Shown piece by piece: positions 39,365 to 52,890 of a stretch of 64,000 nt of DNA. Every line of letters starts with the position of its first letter. Position 1 is the first letter of the stretch. The DNA comes from Ruditapes philippinarum (lineage: Eukaryota). The notes below the pieces were generated by a model. It searched no databases. It was not told the origin of the DNA and saw only the letters and a list, made by a program, of their open reading frames with translations. The translations under genes and the position numbers were made by a program. The DNA is taken from positions 372,001 through 436,000 of the forward strand of contig NW_026852123.1 in the NCBI RefSeq assembly GCF_026571515.1, given 5' to 3'.

Positions 39365-39784
39365 ATAGAAATATATCAGTGAAATAAAACAAACTGTTAT
39401 TTCACTGTTTGAAACAGTGAAATTATCAATTTGATAATTTTCACTGTGTTGAATTTAAGCCCGTTAAGTTGTTTCAGTGAAATACCAGCGTGTACAGTAT
39501 TATAGACCAACTTTCTGACGTCCCGTTGTAAATGACGTCACGTTGTATTATTATTTGGCGCGCTTTTCATAAAGTATTAGGGTAAATGTCTTTTTAAACG
39601 TTTCTTTGCATATGATAAAAAGAAAATTTGTTTAGTTCAGTGTAAGATTGAAATGTATTTCACCGAGCGAACACCAAAAGTTCATATTTCACGAGTGGCG
39701 CAGCCACTCGTGAAATATACCTTTTGGTGCTCACTCGGTGAAATATATTCCGAACTTACACTGAACTAAACAAATATCCTCTAT
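39365..39784. mobile_element. Palindrome-rich non-autonomous element with a 150-bp hairpin (39626-39775)
   Basis: Centre ATATTTCACGAGTGGC-GCA-GCCACTCGTGAAATAT, plus two CAGTGAAA..TTTCACTG hairpins at 39377-39446. Confidence 0.65.
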
Positions 39785-40485
39785 AGCTTTCGTATTTTAA
39801 TGCTGAAATCCCTAAACTTCAATTGGACCATTCCAACTTCAGAACTGGGCAAATCCATTTCACAAGTTCAAGTTGCGAAAGTTTGGAATCGGACAAACAG
39901 GAAATGACGTTATAAGTGTAGAACTGAATCATTGAATATGAGTTTAGTTATTCATTGCATCAAATCGGTGTAAACAATATATTCATATAAAGGAACTTAA
40001 ATATGGCGGGTATCACAAAACAAGTTTGGCTATTTTTTTCCTAGAGTGTAAAAGGGAAGAGGACACATTTTATCAATAGATATCTAAAACTTTTATACAA
40101 CAAACTAAAATATTTCTTAGGTATGTTTTTTTATTAAAACTAAATAAAAATGTAACAAAATATATGAGAAATTTGTTTCCAAGTAATAAATAAATCACAG
40201 GTTATTTTGTATAAATTATTCCATTATATAAATATATCTATCACAATTCTGCAATGTTAAAAAGATATTTCAAGATATCCCACACTCGAAAATTCGCAAA
40301 GTCCAACAATGCTTTTAAATCCGTCCGACAAACACTGGGCAGTCATTCAGCATTGTTTCTATTCAATGCCATTGAAAAATTTTGAATTACATTTAAACAT
40401 GATATTGTCAATGAAAGCAAAATGACATCGCGAATTTGAAGAACTTATTTCTGGCAGTAAAAATGAACTTGGCACCTCAGACTGT

Positions 40486-42012
40486 CTATTTCTTGAAATG
40501 GACAAAGAGGGCACCGCAAGCTTCACAACATGGCTCCAAGCAGCAGCTCATACAGGTCTTGGTAACCTTGGTGAACACAGCACAGTTGATCTCGCACATT
40601 CTCAAGATTGGTGTGATGTACCAAATATGATAGAAAGCAATCGAAGCAAATTCGCAACCCCACTCGGCGGCAATACAGATTCCGTAGAAGAGGGTCAAAA
40701 GTTTGTAGCAAACACCGAGCCAAAGATTGAAGCAGGTGTAAGACAGCTTCCAGACGCAGTCGATACTGTGAGCACCCTCGGGTTCAGCCAAGACATCTTC
40801 AAATTGGACCTGAAAAATAAGACGGAATGCTTGAATAAGAAGAAAAAGTAAATGTGAGGTAATCACAGGAAGGTTTTTTTTACCGCATTCTATACAGGGA
40901 TAAAATTTAAGATGTGTATTTGAATATTCATGGGTCGACGCAACAGATAAAGTGTGTCTAAACAGGAAAACATGAACATGTATATCAATCTTAGAAAATG
41001 TCTCGAGTTCACAAAACGCTCTTGTATTTTTATGTCCTAGCTAATACCGTGGGAAATGTAGATAAATATTTGAAGAAGAACCCGGGGAATAAAATGAACT
41101 GCTAGAATTTTGAAACTTTGCATTTTTTACATTATAATCAAAAATTCTAAAAAAGTAAAAGATGCTAATTTAGTGTTTGTACACGAATGGAAAAAGAAGA
41201 ATTTTAAAAGCATTGGTTAGGAATCCTGTTTTTATTATCTTAACTTATTTTTTACAAAGTAATGGAGTGCATACTTTAAACGCACGTTTGTGACAGTTTG
41301 AAAGAAAAAAAAATTATCATTTTTTAGAAACTTTTCGTAATTCTGAATTTAACTTTGAAAGAATCAATGCAGGCATTGATTGAGCTCAAAATCTGATCAG
41401 TTGAAGAACAAGCATGGAGGACTTGTTTATCTAATATACATGTCTAGAGTAAATATTATTACTTATATTCTAAAACATTTATTTCTAAAAACCGTCGTCC
41501 TGGTTTCTCCCGGATTTTTCTCTTAAGGTGTGACAATTTATCGAAAATACTAATACAAATATTGTGATCAACATAATATTAAAAAAATAAAAAGACATAT
41601 AATATAGTCTTTTGCAGTATTTTTCAACAATCCACTGCTTGTTTGTAAACTTGTATTTTAACACGTGCATTTCGTGCAGTAATGTAAGATTAACTATATT
41701 TTCATGAGAAAAAATGGAATTTGGGAATAAACCGGTTTTTTTTTAAACATTGCTTTGTCTGATTCAAGTTAAATTTGAATTTAGAAAAATAACTTAGGAA
41801 ACAATCTGTACTAGATACAAATCATTGCATTATTTAAAATTTTGCTTTATGATAAATTACATTTCAATTAATTTTGCAATTTTAATTCATTATCTATTTA
41901 TTTTTCTATTTTATTTTCGCAGAAAATGTATTTATATAAGAATATGTAGACATCTTACCTTGATATGTTGATTAAGACCGTTGGGATCTCTGTTGACAAG
42001 ATCTACTTCCAT
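40486..42012 (-). CDS. cav: Caveolin-like protein copy 7, 125 aa; exons 42012-41959 and 40809-40486
   Basis: Exon 1 MEVDLVNRDPNGLNQHIK|GTAAGA, with an in-frame TAA 9 nt upstream of the ATG. Exon 2 VQFEDVLAEPEGAHSIDCVW...GALFVHFKK*. Confidence 0.94.
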
Positions 42013-42131
42013 GATTAATTAGTTAAAGCTGAGGAAAGACTCCAGATAGAAGTGTAAGGACCAAAGTCTGGAAGAGGTTTGATTCGGACTCGTTGTTGGT
42101 CAGTTATTTATTGCCTGTCCATTCTTAATGC

Positions 42132-42145
42132 GTAACCACGGACAC
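42132..42145. promoter_or_regulatory. X-box-like 14-mer upstream of copy 7
   Basis: GTAACCACGGACAC, 120 bp from the ATG. Confidence 0.45.
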
Positions 42146-44787
42146 TGTATAGGTAGAAACCTGTTATAAATACATAATTCGCTCCAATGAATAGGGCAAT
42201 CAAACTGGACAATGACTTAACAACAAATTAAAAGACACTCCGTGTTTGTATTATCTGATTAAAATTCGACGGAGATAATTGAATATTTTCCACGCTCGAT
42301 TTCGTGTCGGGTCGTGTTATTTCTTTAATTTTGAATTAAAAACATAACAAATCTTTTGTTTCATTAAAATTAATCATTTTAAGTACTAAATTGTAAAATA
42401 ATTTTGTTTGAAAGTCCAGGAAAAAACATATTGCAATATTAGCAAAGGATATCCGAAATAATATTGACTGATTTATAATTATTTCATAAGATAATTTTTC
42501 TTTTTTATGTAATTTGTTTCTATTTTCTTTTATTATTTTGTTTGAATCTATATGGGTTTTGTGTTGTGATTTGGTTGGGGGTATATAAAAACGGAGAAAA
42601 AGCAAAGTTACAATAAATATTCATAATTCTCTCGGCAATATACAATCATTTTAAAAGCTAAAGTAAAGCTTTTTAATCCTCAGAAAAAAATTAATATTTA
42701 CATATTTAGGAAGGGAAAACATTATTTTTATAACATTTTTTAAACGGTGATTTTAGAGAAACGTAAGATGCGTGATATTTAGTCATTTTTCTAAACTATT
42801 TAAGCGCAATTTTGTCAATTAGTTCAACCACAAATGATGAATTAGTCCTTAACAAATATATAGTCATACTTCCTATTTCAAGATTTAACTGTTCGTGAAG
42901 CCAAAAGTAATGCTGTCCTTTTTATTCTTGACAAGTTTTTTTTAAGGTTTCTGTTACCGTTTCCAGAAGGTATTCATTGGCCGATTGATCATATTACTGC
43001 ATAATCTTAGTGGGAAGTCAAAATACCATTTGTCTTACCTTTTGCTACGTTTAAGACAAAATTAGCCTTAGTTTTTTTCGTGTATAATATTGATTCATTT
43101 AAACTATAGAAACCACTTAAATTGATTCTGTAAGATATTCAAGAATTATTTATTATTTCTTAAAATTCATTTCTAATAATTTTGGACTTTAAAGGCCCAT
43201 TATGCTCTAGAAATACTATACAAAAAGTTACCCATTGGCAAATTACCTGAACCATCTTTTATTAGTACAGATATAGTGATTTAGAATCTTGTACGGAAGT
43301 CAAAATACTAATTTTTCATTACATTTTGCTACCTTTATGACAAACATGTTTACATTAATTAAGCGCTACTTTTTCAGGTAGCAATCATCTAACAATTTCT
43401 TAAACCATTTTCTTAATGTAACAAAATTCATGTTTGCCCTTTCGAAAGAATAATTAAATGTACAACATGTATTGTTTTAAGGCATATAGTGCCTTTAACT
43501 GTATGAACGTATATTTGAATGACCGAGTTACCATTTCGGGAAATGGAACATTGCTTAAAGGGCTTTTTTTAATACCTTTTTATTATTAACTTATTGTTAA
43601 TTATCCGGAAAGAACAAAATTCTATTTAAAGACTTATATCTGTGTATAACATCTTGTTAACAATAAACTCAGTCGGTGAAATACAACAAATCATTCTTTA
43701 AATATAGATTTTCAAAGTTTATACTAGAAGACAAACTTTGTGAAAAAAAGAATCAAATAAATGGTGTAAAGTGTCAAGGGTTGCGTTTCGTAATGATACA
43801 TGTAGAGGTCCTTTGAAATATTTTTATAATTTAACATATCAGTTTAATTTCGCGTTGAGAGTAGATCTAATAATATGAATATATAGATGGTCTTACATAA
43901 TAATACTTTTTAAGATACTTAATTCGTAGGCATTATACTTTTATTATTATCATACATGTATAATACATGTATTTGCATTGTATTGCTATATTGTCATGTT
44001 TCTAAAGATCAATTTTATACAATATAAGTACAAAATTGATTCGATGAATGTTACGCATTGAATGATATAGAATACACGAAGTACGGACTTGTTTCTAACC
44101 TGATTGTTGTTGCAAAGATTGGGGGAACTACTTTAATTAAAAATAGAATAATGTTGTGCAATAATCGCCGATAAGTCTAATTCTTTTTTGAAACACTTAT
44201 AGCAATATTCGGTAATGTAACAACAGTGTAACAAACAACAATGGACAATAATAGACATTGGGGATACCGTTATAACACCACTTTCTGATTGAAGATTATT
44301 GTATTGACAAAACATGTAAACAATTTTTAAAATGCTATTTTACTTTTATTTATTATGTCATGATATAAAACATAGTATAATCGCCTCCAACCCACCCATA
44401 AAAGTGTATAGTGTAATACGTAAATTTCAAAATAAATACAAAATGTTATTTTGTTTAACGATGAAATTATTTGAAAAGATAAGAAATGGCCATCCATGAA
44501 ATCATCAAGGCAAAGTTATAATTTTATATATCGCATATATAGAAAATAAATGAATAAATGTTCAGATTGATTTTTTGATTGGTGCCTGCATGCGCATTCT
44601 TCTACGCAACGTTTTATATATGTCCCATAACAGTGTATTGAGTTCAACATTAATTCTGAAAAGTTTAGGAAATTTTATATTAAAGCGAAACCGAATATTC
44701 GTAAAAAAATGTTCGTTGTTTCCGCCATTATCTTACTTTCTCTGATATTCTATTGTCAAAAATATTTAACAATATGCGTACATTTAG

Positions 44788-44890
44788 TTTATACAATTTT
44801 TTTTTAGTTCGATTATTTTGGAAGCTACGAGTATAAGTTTATTGAAACACCGTCGAATCTGTTCCTGGAACCAACCAGCATTAAGCAAAA
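44788..44890 (-). mobile_element. 5'-truncated SINE (family A)
   Basis: TAGTTCGATT..TTGGAAGCTA..GAAACAC..TCGAATCTGTTCCTGGAACCAAACCAG. Confidence 0.6.
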
Positions 44891-45223
44891 TACATTGTTT
44901 TGTATCATTTAATGGCACTGTTCTTATTATATAATGTAAATGAAACACGTGATATTTAATTTTATTTGAACGTAAGTATTATGTGACAATGTATATTTTG
45001 TACTTACATTTTTACTGTGTACTGACATTTTGTACATTTACGTAGTGTAACCAAAGCAGTAAAAGGAATGGAACATTTCCACGATGGGGATCATTCCCTT
45101 TACGATAAAAATAAGTTAAAATATCTTTTTCTATCTATCGTTACATATAAAATGAATAAAAATAATTCCATTGAATATATTATTAAATGGTTTTTTTTCA
45201 TGTCACAAACACTTTACCTTTAA

Positions 45224-45569
45224 AGCAGCACGCCTGCAGATTTTCGCTAATTTTCATGATAAAATTGAAAATGTATTATATTGTAGAATATTGTCCACTT
45301 AATAGAAACTGTACTTTACATATTGTAAACGGCATTCTCGTACCATGTTAGTTATCAAAAATATGTCGAAATATGCAAAAATAGCCCTTAATGCGTTAGG
45401 TAATCAATGGAAACATAGTGATCAATATTGCAAAATCAGTCATTAATCACATATAACATGTTAATCATAACTTGAATTGTAAATATTTTTACTTTTCTTA
45501 AACTTTTACTACATTTATCTCTAAGTTGATTTGCATGATTTTTTTTATCTCATCTGGATGCATGCAATT
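45224..45569. mobile_element. Kolobok-like MITE with TTAA TSD
   Basis: TTAA|AGCAGCACGCCTGCAGAT ... ATCTGGATGCATGCAATT|TTAA. Its right part is duplicated at 51781-52005. Confidence 0.55.
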
Positions 45570-46229
45570 TTAACTTGTTAAATTTCTTTTAAGTTATAGT
45601 TTAGAACTTTCTATTATCAAATTTTGGAATATTAAAATGACAGTGTAAAGATACTTAGCCAACAGTATAGTGCCTGGGCAGTCTGAAGTAGACCACAAAA
45701 CCTGTAGTATTCACTAATTTGTACATGCAGTATTCAACCTTTGTGGCATACTTTGCATGCTGAATATTGCAAATAAAATAATGGATTGAATTGATAAATC
45801 AACCCATAAAAGTAGTTATGAAAACAGATTCCAAAATAAAAGTCATGACCAACAGTTTTAAAAAAGAACTATGCTTTCTCCCCTGGGATGATTTTGTCGA
45901 GTTTTGTTCTTAAAGTGGTCATGTTTACTCCTATTTTTTCCTAATTATATTTTCCCCTTTTTTAACTTTTTTTTCAATAAAATTAAACTTAGATTATATA
46001 TATTTTTTGTTAATAATTTATTTCTGTAAAAAATATTCCGGTTATTTACAGAATTCATAACGCGATGTGACATGTACCGAGTGTGAAAAATATCCATTAA
46101 TCTTTGGCGATTTTAAATCAGACATGTCGGTTACGCCATGCCTTTTAATGTATTGTTAAATCATTGTCCACTTAGATTGTCCATTGATTGAAATTGAATT
46201 ACTATTTATGACAAGTTTCTACCTATTCG

Positions 46230-46243
46230 GTGTCCGTGGATAC
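46230..46243. promoter_or_regulatory. X-box-like 14-mer upstream of copy 8
   Basis: GTGTCCGTGGATAC (reverse complement GTATCCACGGACAC), 121 bp from the ATG. Confidence 0.45.
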
Positions 46244-46363
46244 CTATCTGAAAAACATTGGCAATAAAAAGCCGTCCAAGGCCATGCTAAAATCAAACCA
46301 CTTCCAGGCTTCGGTCCTTGCACTTCTATCTGGATTGTTTCGTTCAGCAATAACTAATTAATA

Positions 46364-47777
46364 ATGGAAGTAGATCTTGTCAACAGGGATCCCAACGGTC
46401 TTAATGACCATATTAAGGTAAGATATTTTGATATATTTCGATAATTAACTAAAGTTTATTTTATTATTTTGAAATATTTTGAAAATTATGCCTGGGTTCC
46501 GAATGAAAACATTTGATTTGATTATAAGGTACATGAAGTTTTACAGATTTAAAACAATATTGACATAAAGTTAAATCCGCACGCTTCCAGATGAGCAAAA
46601 TGTATCTTCAAAAAACAAACTTAAGAAAAAGGGGAAAAAAGTTTTAGAAATGTATAAATATTCACCATTCACGCAAACTCTTGAATGTACTATAAAAAAT
46701 ATGCCAGAATATACTTTTTTCACTAAGTTTCTATCCTGGTCTAACGGAGTTAGATAACTTTCCACAAATATATGTATTTCTACAAATTATAACTAATTTC
46801 TGTGGATAATAAGCTGCAAAGACTATGAAGACATTTTCTTTATAGATATGCATTTATTGAAATCTAGGAAATTCTTACTTAATTTATCTAATTTGAATAA
46901 AAGGACGCACAAACTATGTTGGGAAACCTGCATTCCCTATTACTGGTCAAGTTAACTTAGTATTTTCTTTAAAAATGCCAGTTTTTTATTGACACTATGT
47001 AGTCATTCTGTTTGCAGTGTTTGAAACATTACATATTTTTTCTGTGTTTACTTGAAAGTTAATTACATTTTACATTTAAAAAGAGTCTCTACAACAATTT
47101 TAAAGTTAAAGCGAATAGTAATTTGTATAAAGTACAGTCAAATTATAAATAAAAAAGTATACATGTATTTCAATAAACTTATCTCTTTATTACAAAGAAA
47201 TTTGACAAAAATGTTGTCGATCTGTATTTTAAACTTTGACAAAATTGATCTTTGTTATGTGAACTGGCGTGTCGCCTTTTGTACATTTATGTCGTGTAAC
47301 CAAAATTGTAAAAGAATAGAACATTTCTATGACAGTATACACGTCATTTATGACACAATTTTATTAAAATTTTGCTTTCAAACATTCTATTATTTGTCAT
47401 AAATATCAAACATTTAAACCTGTTTTTCAATATTATCTTTTTACTTATTTCAGGTCCAATTCGAAGATGTATTGGCTGAACCCGAGGGAGCCCGTAGTAT
47501 CGACTGCGTCTGGAAGCTGTCTTACACCTGTTTCAATCTTTGGCTCGGTATTTGCTACAAACTTTTGACCCTCTGCTACGGAATCTGTATTGCCGCCGAG
47601 TGGGGTTGCGAATTCGCTTCCATCGCTTTCTACCATGTCTGGTACATCACACCAATCTTGAGAATGTGCGAGATCAACTGTGCTGTGTTCACCAAGGTTA
47701 CCAAGACCTGCATGAGCTGTTGTTTGGAGCCATGTTGTGAAGCTTGTGGTGCTCTCTTTGTTCATTTCAAGAAATAG
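46364..47777 (+). CDS. cav: Caveolin-like protein copy 8, 125 aa; exons 46364-46417 and 47454-47777
   Basis: Exon 1 MEVDLVNRDPNGLNDHIK|GTAAGA. Exon 2 VQFEDVLAEPEGARSIDCVW...GALFVHFKK*. AATAAA at 48069. Confidence 0.94.
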
Positions 47778-49246
47778 AAAATTTAGAAATACAATGTATC
47801 GTCTGCTACTCTACCATGAAAATTGTTTTGATAACCTAAAATAAAAGCAATGTTGAATGACTGACCAGTAAACTTGTGAAGGATAAAACTGCGTTGCTAG
47901 ACTTTCGAACTTTCGCCAGAACATATCTAAACAATTGGATATCATTTTTGTTTAAACTGCATTTTTGTCATAAATATTTGTATTTAAAATAATTTATTGC
48001 AAATAAGCCAACTGTGATTTAATAGATATATGTAACAAGTAACCTTGTAACATATTTTGTTGAGTTTTAATAAAATAAATGTCAAAATATATCTAAGTCT
48101 TTTGTATTTTCTGTGTTAAAGTTTAAGTTAGATGCAACACCCTATCCACATAATATGGACAATGAAAAAAATAGACACATAACCACGATCAAGGTACATT
48201 TTGAAAAGTCTTTTTGAATATTCTTTTATAGCGTTCAGTTATTACCGTGATAATAACACTTTCTAATAGAAAATTTATTTTTCTAAAACTACATCTTGTG
48301 AAGTATATATTTGATATTTTCACTGCGGTAAAAATATCATGATATATACTTCATGATTTTTGTCTAGAACTACTTGTAATAAAGTCCCCCCTTGAGTGTC
48401 TCAAATATTTTTAAGACTCAATTCCTTTTATTCTATAGAGAGAATTATTTGCCGCCTTATAAACATTCCAACCGCTGTGAAAGTCCTGTCCTTAACACTT
48501 AACTCGGAACAGAAATTGATTAGCCACCGCCTACCAGTATAGAGCCAGACCAGCCTGTCCATCCATGCAGTTTGACAAGGCTCTTTATTGTTGATAGCTC
48601 AACTTAATGCCCTGATATTGAAATTCTTTAAACATTGGACGAACTGTTCCAAATACAATGCAGAGCATCAGATAGTCGGTATGAAGTTAGTTGTGTGGCC
48701 ACCTGGTCATTATGTTATAGTGTAAAAAGTTATTTGCTTTCTGTGAAACACTGATTTCTTATAGAAATAAATAACAGCTCGGAAACCTCAGTCACTATTA
48801 AAATGATAGAGAAATGATCATTTTTCATCAAATAATGACATTATAGGCATATTTGATCAACACCCTCCGAGAAACCTGTAAAATACTAAGCCCTAGTCAT
48901 AATTCAACAAGAAAAATTATCACTTACACAGTTTCCCAGTTTGAGTAAATACATATTGAGAACCATACGTGAAATTTTGACACCTCTCTCAGCTAAATAT
49001 AATGAATAGACATTTAACTTCATATTTGTTTCTACTATTTTCACATTAGAAGTTAATTTTATGAATGACATGTAGGAAAAAAATGGTATCTCTTTCACTG
49101 TCATAATTTAACAAGTCTTGGCAACCCGAATGAGAAAAAAAATTGATAAAAGATAATTACACTAAAAGCTGCAAGTTTCATATTTGATATAATGAAGTAG
49201 CATAATGAAAAATTGATAGGTCAGAATATTGTAGTCAATGTGGCGC

Positions 49247-49452
49247 TGTTAAATGTCGCAACGACGTTAAATGTCGCAACGACGCTAAATGTCACACTTG
49301 CCTCTTATTGTCGCACCTTTGCCTCTAAATGTCGCAACCGCCGCTAATTGTCTCAAAATATTTTGCCGTTAAATGTCGCAATGATGACGTTAAATGTCGC
49401 ACAATTTTCCCCTTCAGTAAAATGTCACAAACCTACCGTTAAATGTCGCAAT
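49247..49452. repeat. Short repeats of (GT)TAAATGTCGCA, probably a MITE subterminal array
   Basis: About ten copies of AAATGTCGCA and variants. Confidence 0.75.
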
Positions 49453-49751
49453 ACAACAACTGGTTTAGTGTTATGTGGATGATCTGGCGACTAGCTATTT
49501 ATAAACTAGGAAAAGATTTGTAGTGATATACAAAGTTATTGGTTGAAATTAAAGTCATTTTAGTCGGTATTTATTCATGCCAAAGAGGCCGTTATTGATA
49601 GAACACATTTGTATATGTTTTTCTTAACAACCCAGATGTCGTGATTTCGAGCTACAATATTATTTTTATTCGTATTATAGCTTTGTCCACCATTGAGGCT
49701 TTATTACGGTGTTCCGTTTGGACAATCGTGATTTTTATTTAGTCTGTTCCC

Positions 49752-51701
49752 ACGATGCACGATGGAACGATGGTGAAAACGCGATGGCACGATGGTACGA
49801 TGGTGAAAACACGATGGTACGATGATGAAAACGCAATGTTACGATGGCGATATCACGATGGCGCGATGGCACGATGATGAAACCTTGATGTTACATCGCG
49901 TTTTCACCATCGTATCATCGCGATTTCACCATCGTACAATCGGGTTTTCATCATCGTGCCATCGCGTTTTCACCATCGTACCATCGCGCTTCACCATCGT
50001 GTCATCGCGTTTTCACCATCGCTCCATCGTGTTTTCACTATCGCAATATCGCGTTTTCACCATCGTGCCATCGCCTTTTTCAACATCTTACCATGGCGTT
50101 TTTACCATCGTACCATCGCGTTTTCACCATCGTACCATCGTGCTTTCATCATCGTACCATCGGGTTTTCATCATCGTGCCATCGCGTTTTCACCATCGTA
50201 CCATCGCGCTTCACCATCGTGTCATCGCGTTTTCATCACCGTGCCATCGTGTTTTCACTATCGCAATATCGCGTTTTCACCATCGTGCCATCGCCTTTTT
50301 CAACATCTTACCATGGCGTTTTTACCATCGTGCCATCGCGCTTCACCATCGTGTCATCGCGTTTTCACCATCGCACCATCGTGTTTTCACTATCGCAATA
50401 TCGCGTTTTCACCATCGTGCCATCGCCTTTTTCAACATCTTACCATGGCGTTTTTACCATCGTACCATCGCGTTTTCACCATCGTACCATCGCGCTTTCA
50501 TCATCGTACCATCGCGTTTTCATCATCGTGCCATCGCGTTTTCACCATCGTACCATCGCGTTTTCACCATCGTGCCATCGCGTTTTCATCATCGTGCCAT
50601 CGCGCTTTCACCATCGTACCATCGCGCTTTCACCATCGTGCCATCGCGTTTTCACCATTGTGCCATCGCATTTTCACCATCGTGTCATCGCGTTTTCACC
50701 ATCGTAATATCGTCTTCCGATGGTCATGTGCTATGATACATTTTTATCAACAGTATATGCCGTCTCATTTTTTAACCCCGCACCCTTTTCATTTGCGTAT
50801 ATTTAAGAGCATTTAAAACATGAAAAATAACAAAAGGCAATCGCTCAAAAATTTATAAATACAATGTATTTAAGTTGTCATCCTTGCGCGTTGTACATAT
50901 AAAGTTTCAAGTTGATATCTTAAATACAGCAAATGTAAACATGCAAACATTTATTAAGCATATAAAGGAATATTTTAAATAGTCTTTGATCTATATACAG
51001 TATATTAAAATGGAAAAGTTAATGAAAAGATAACAGGTTTTATTATTTATAACTCAAATGAATTAATTAAGTATTCTAAATCGCGATGGCACGATGGTGA
51101 AATCACGATGGCACGATGATGAAAGTCGATGGTACGATGATGAAAACGCGATGGTAAGATGGTGAAAACGCGATGGCACGATGGTGAAAACAAAATGGCA
51201 CAATGGTGAAAACGCGATGGTACGATGGTGAAATCACAATGGCACAATGATGAAAGTCGATTGTACGATGGTGAAAACGCGATGGTAAGATGGTGAAAAC
51301 GCGATGGCACGATGGTGAAAACGCGATGGCACAATGGTGAAAACGCGATGGTACGATGGTGAAAATACGATGGCACGATGATGAAAGTCGATAGTACGAT
51401 GGTGAAAACGCGATGGTACGATGGTGAAAACGCGATGGCACAATGGTGATAATGCGATGGTACGATGGTGAAATTACGATGGCACGATGATGAAAGTCAA
51501 TAGTACGATGGTGAAAACGCGATGGTACGATGGTGAAAGCGCGATGGCACAATGGTGAAAACACGATGACACGATGGTGAAAACGCGATGGTACGATGGT
51601 GAAAACGAGATATAACATCGCGTTTTCACCATCGTACTATCGCGACATCGCGATTTCACTCTCTCACTCTCGTACCATTTTGTTTTCACCATCGTACCAT
51701 C
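49752..51701. mobile_element. Foldback-like element built from a 22-bp tandem unit in alternating orientations
   Basis: Unit CCATCGCGTTTTCACCATCGTA. Arrays 49752-50710 and 51080-51701 are mutually inverted around an AT-rich spacer. Confidence 0.85.
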
Positions 51702-52890
51702 CTTTGTTAAATTGCTAAATATTGTGCAATCAAAAAAATGTATTGAGCTTATTATAAACGGCACTTTAGGTCCAGGTAAATTATCAAAAATATGTCAAAA
51801 TATGCAAAATTAGCCCTTAATGCGTTAGTCACGCAGTAGAAATTTGGTGATAAATATTGCCAAATCAGTCATTAACCAAATATAACATGTAAATCATTAC
51901 TTGAATTGTGAACATTTTTACTTTTCTCAAACTTTCACTACATTTTTCTCTAAGTTGATTTTAATGATTATTTTTATCTCATATGGAGGAGGCATGCAGC
52001 TTTAACATGTTGAACTTCTACTAATATGTAATATTTCAGTTCCCATTTATGCAACTGTCCATTATCAAATTTTGGAATATCAAAGATAGTAAGTCAACAA
52101 TATACAACCTGGGCAGACTGCACCGCACTATCAGTAGGTTATGCAATTTTACGAAAAATGCTGTCTCGGTTGAGCCACGTGATTGGGTTATCTATCGACT
52201 GTGATATGGCATTCAAAAATCAAATTTTAAGATAAAGTTTTGTAAAATCAATCAAAAAATTACTTAAAACTAACTCTGACTACATTATATTATCAGTTTT
52301 TACTTTAAATAGATTTGCAATGAAATTAGAAATTTTTCGTTCCCAGTGTCAAGGTAAAAATCTACTGCTCATATTTGAAAATAGGTCCGAGTTTCAAGAT
52401 CTTTTTTACATTCGTGCATTGTTCAATGACAAAATAAAAATTGATTTTACAGAGAAAAGATGTTATTAAATCATATCATGTAAAAATATTATAATATTTC
52501 ACGATGTTATTTGCAAATATTTGATGTTTAATTTGGTGCATTTTCAAAATTGTGCTGATTATCGGCAAATATTATGAACAAACAATCTATTTTTTTAAAC
52601 AAAAATGGCTTTAAAAAACATAATTTCCTGAAAAAAAATATCCTTTTTTCTAAAGTTTAAAGATTTTTAAATAACATCATGTCGTTAAAAATTTTCATTT
52701 TTGCTCTTGTATTTAATATTGGCCCTTTTCTTGAACATTTACATGATTTGCATATACCGATTTATACCGAGACATGTTTAATTGTAGCGAGATGGGTTTA
52801 CATAGTGTGCTTCCAGACCATTCTATTTGAAAGACCCTGATGCAGTATACAACTTTGTAGCTGAATATTGCAAATAGAATAATGCATTAA

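Larger units (their letters stand above)
45352..48878 (+). repeat. Segmental duplication unit 1 (contains copy 8)
   Basis: Collinear with 51781-58864 across upstream DNA, intron and 3' flank; both end in GATCAACACCCTC..AGAAACCTG. Confidence 0.9.

Noticed and set aside
40498-40851. Recurrent antisense ORFs over caveolin exon 2 (also 7083, 11224, 18122, 47445, 57260) and shifted-frame ORFs such as MARCLLQTFDP
   Set aside because: The 40498 ORF is in codon register with the caveolin frame, so it stays open merely because TTA/CTA/TCA codons are rare there; the others look like the same effect. Similarity among them follows from paralogy of the real gene.
49822-51764. Long ORFs rich in SRFHHR/VFTIVP
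   Set aside because: Translations of the 22-bp tandem repeat, open in several frames.
52125-52810. Defined TIR element for the first insertion in duplication unit 2
   Set aside because: The insertion is real by comparison with unit 1, but only short inverted matches (CACTAT, TGTCTCGGT) are seen, too weak to classify.
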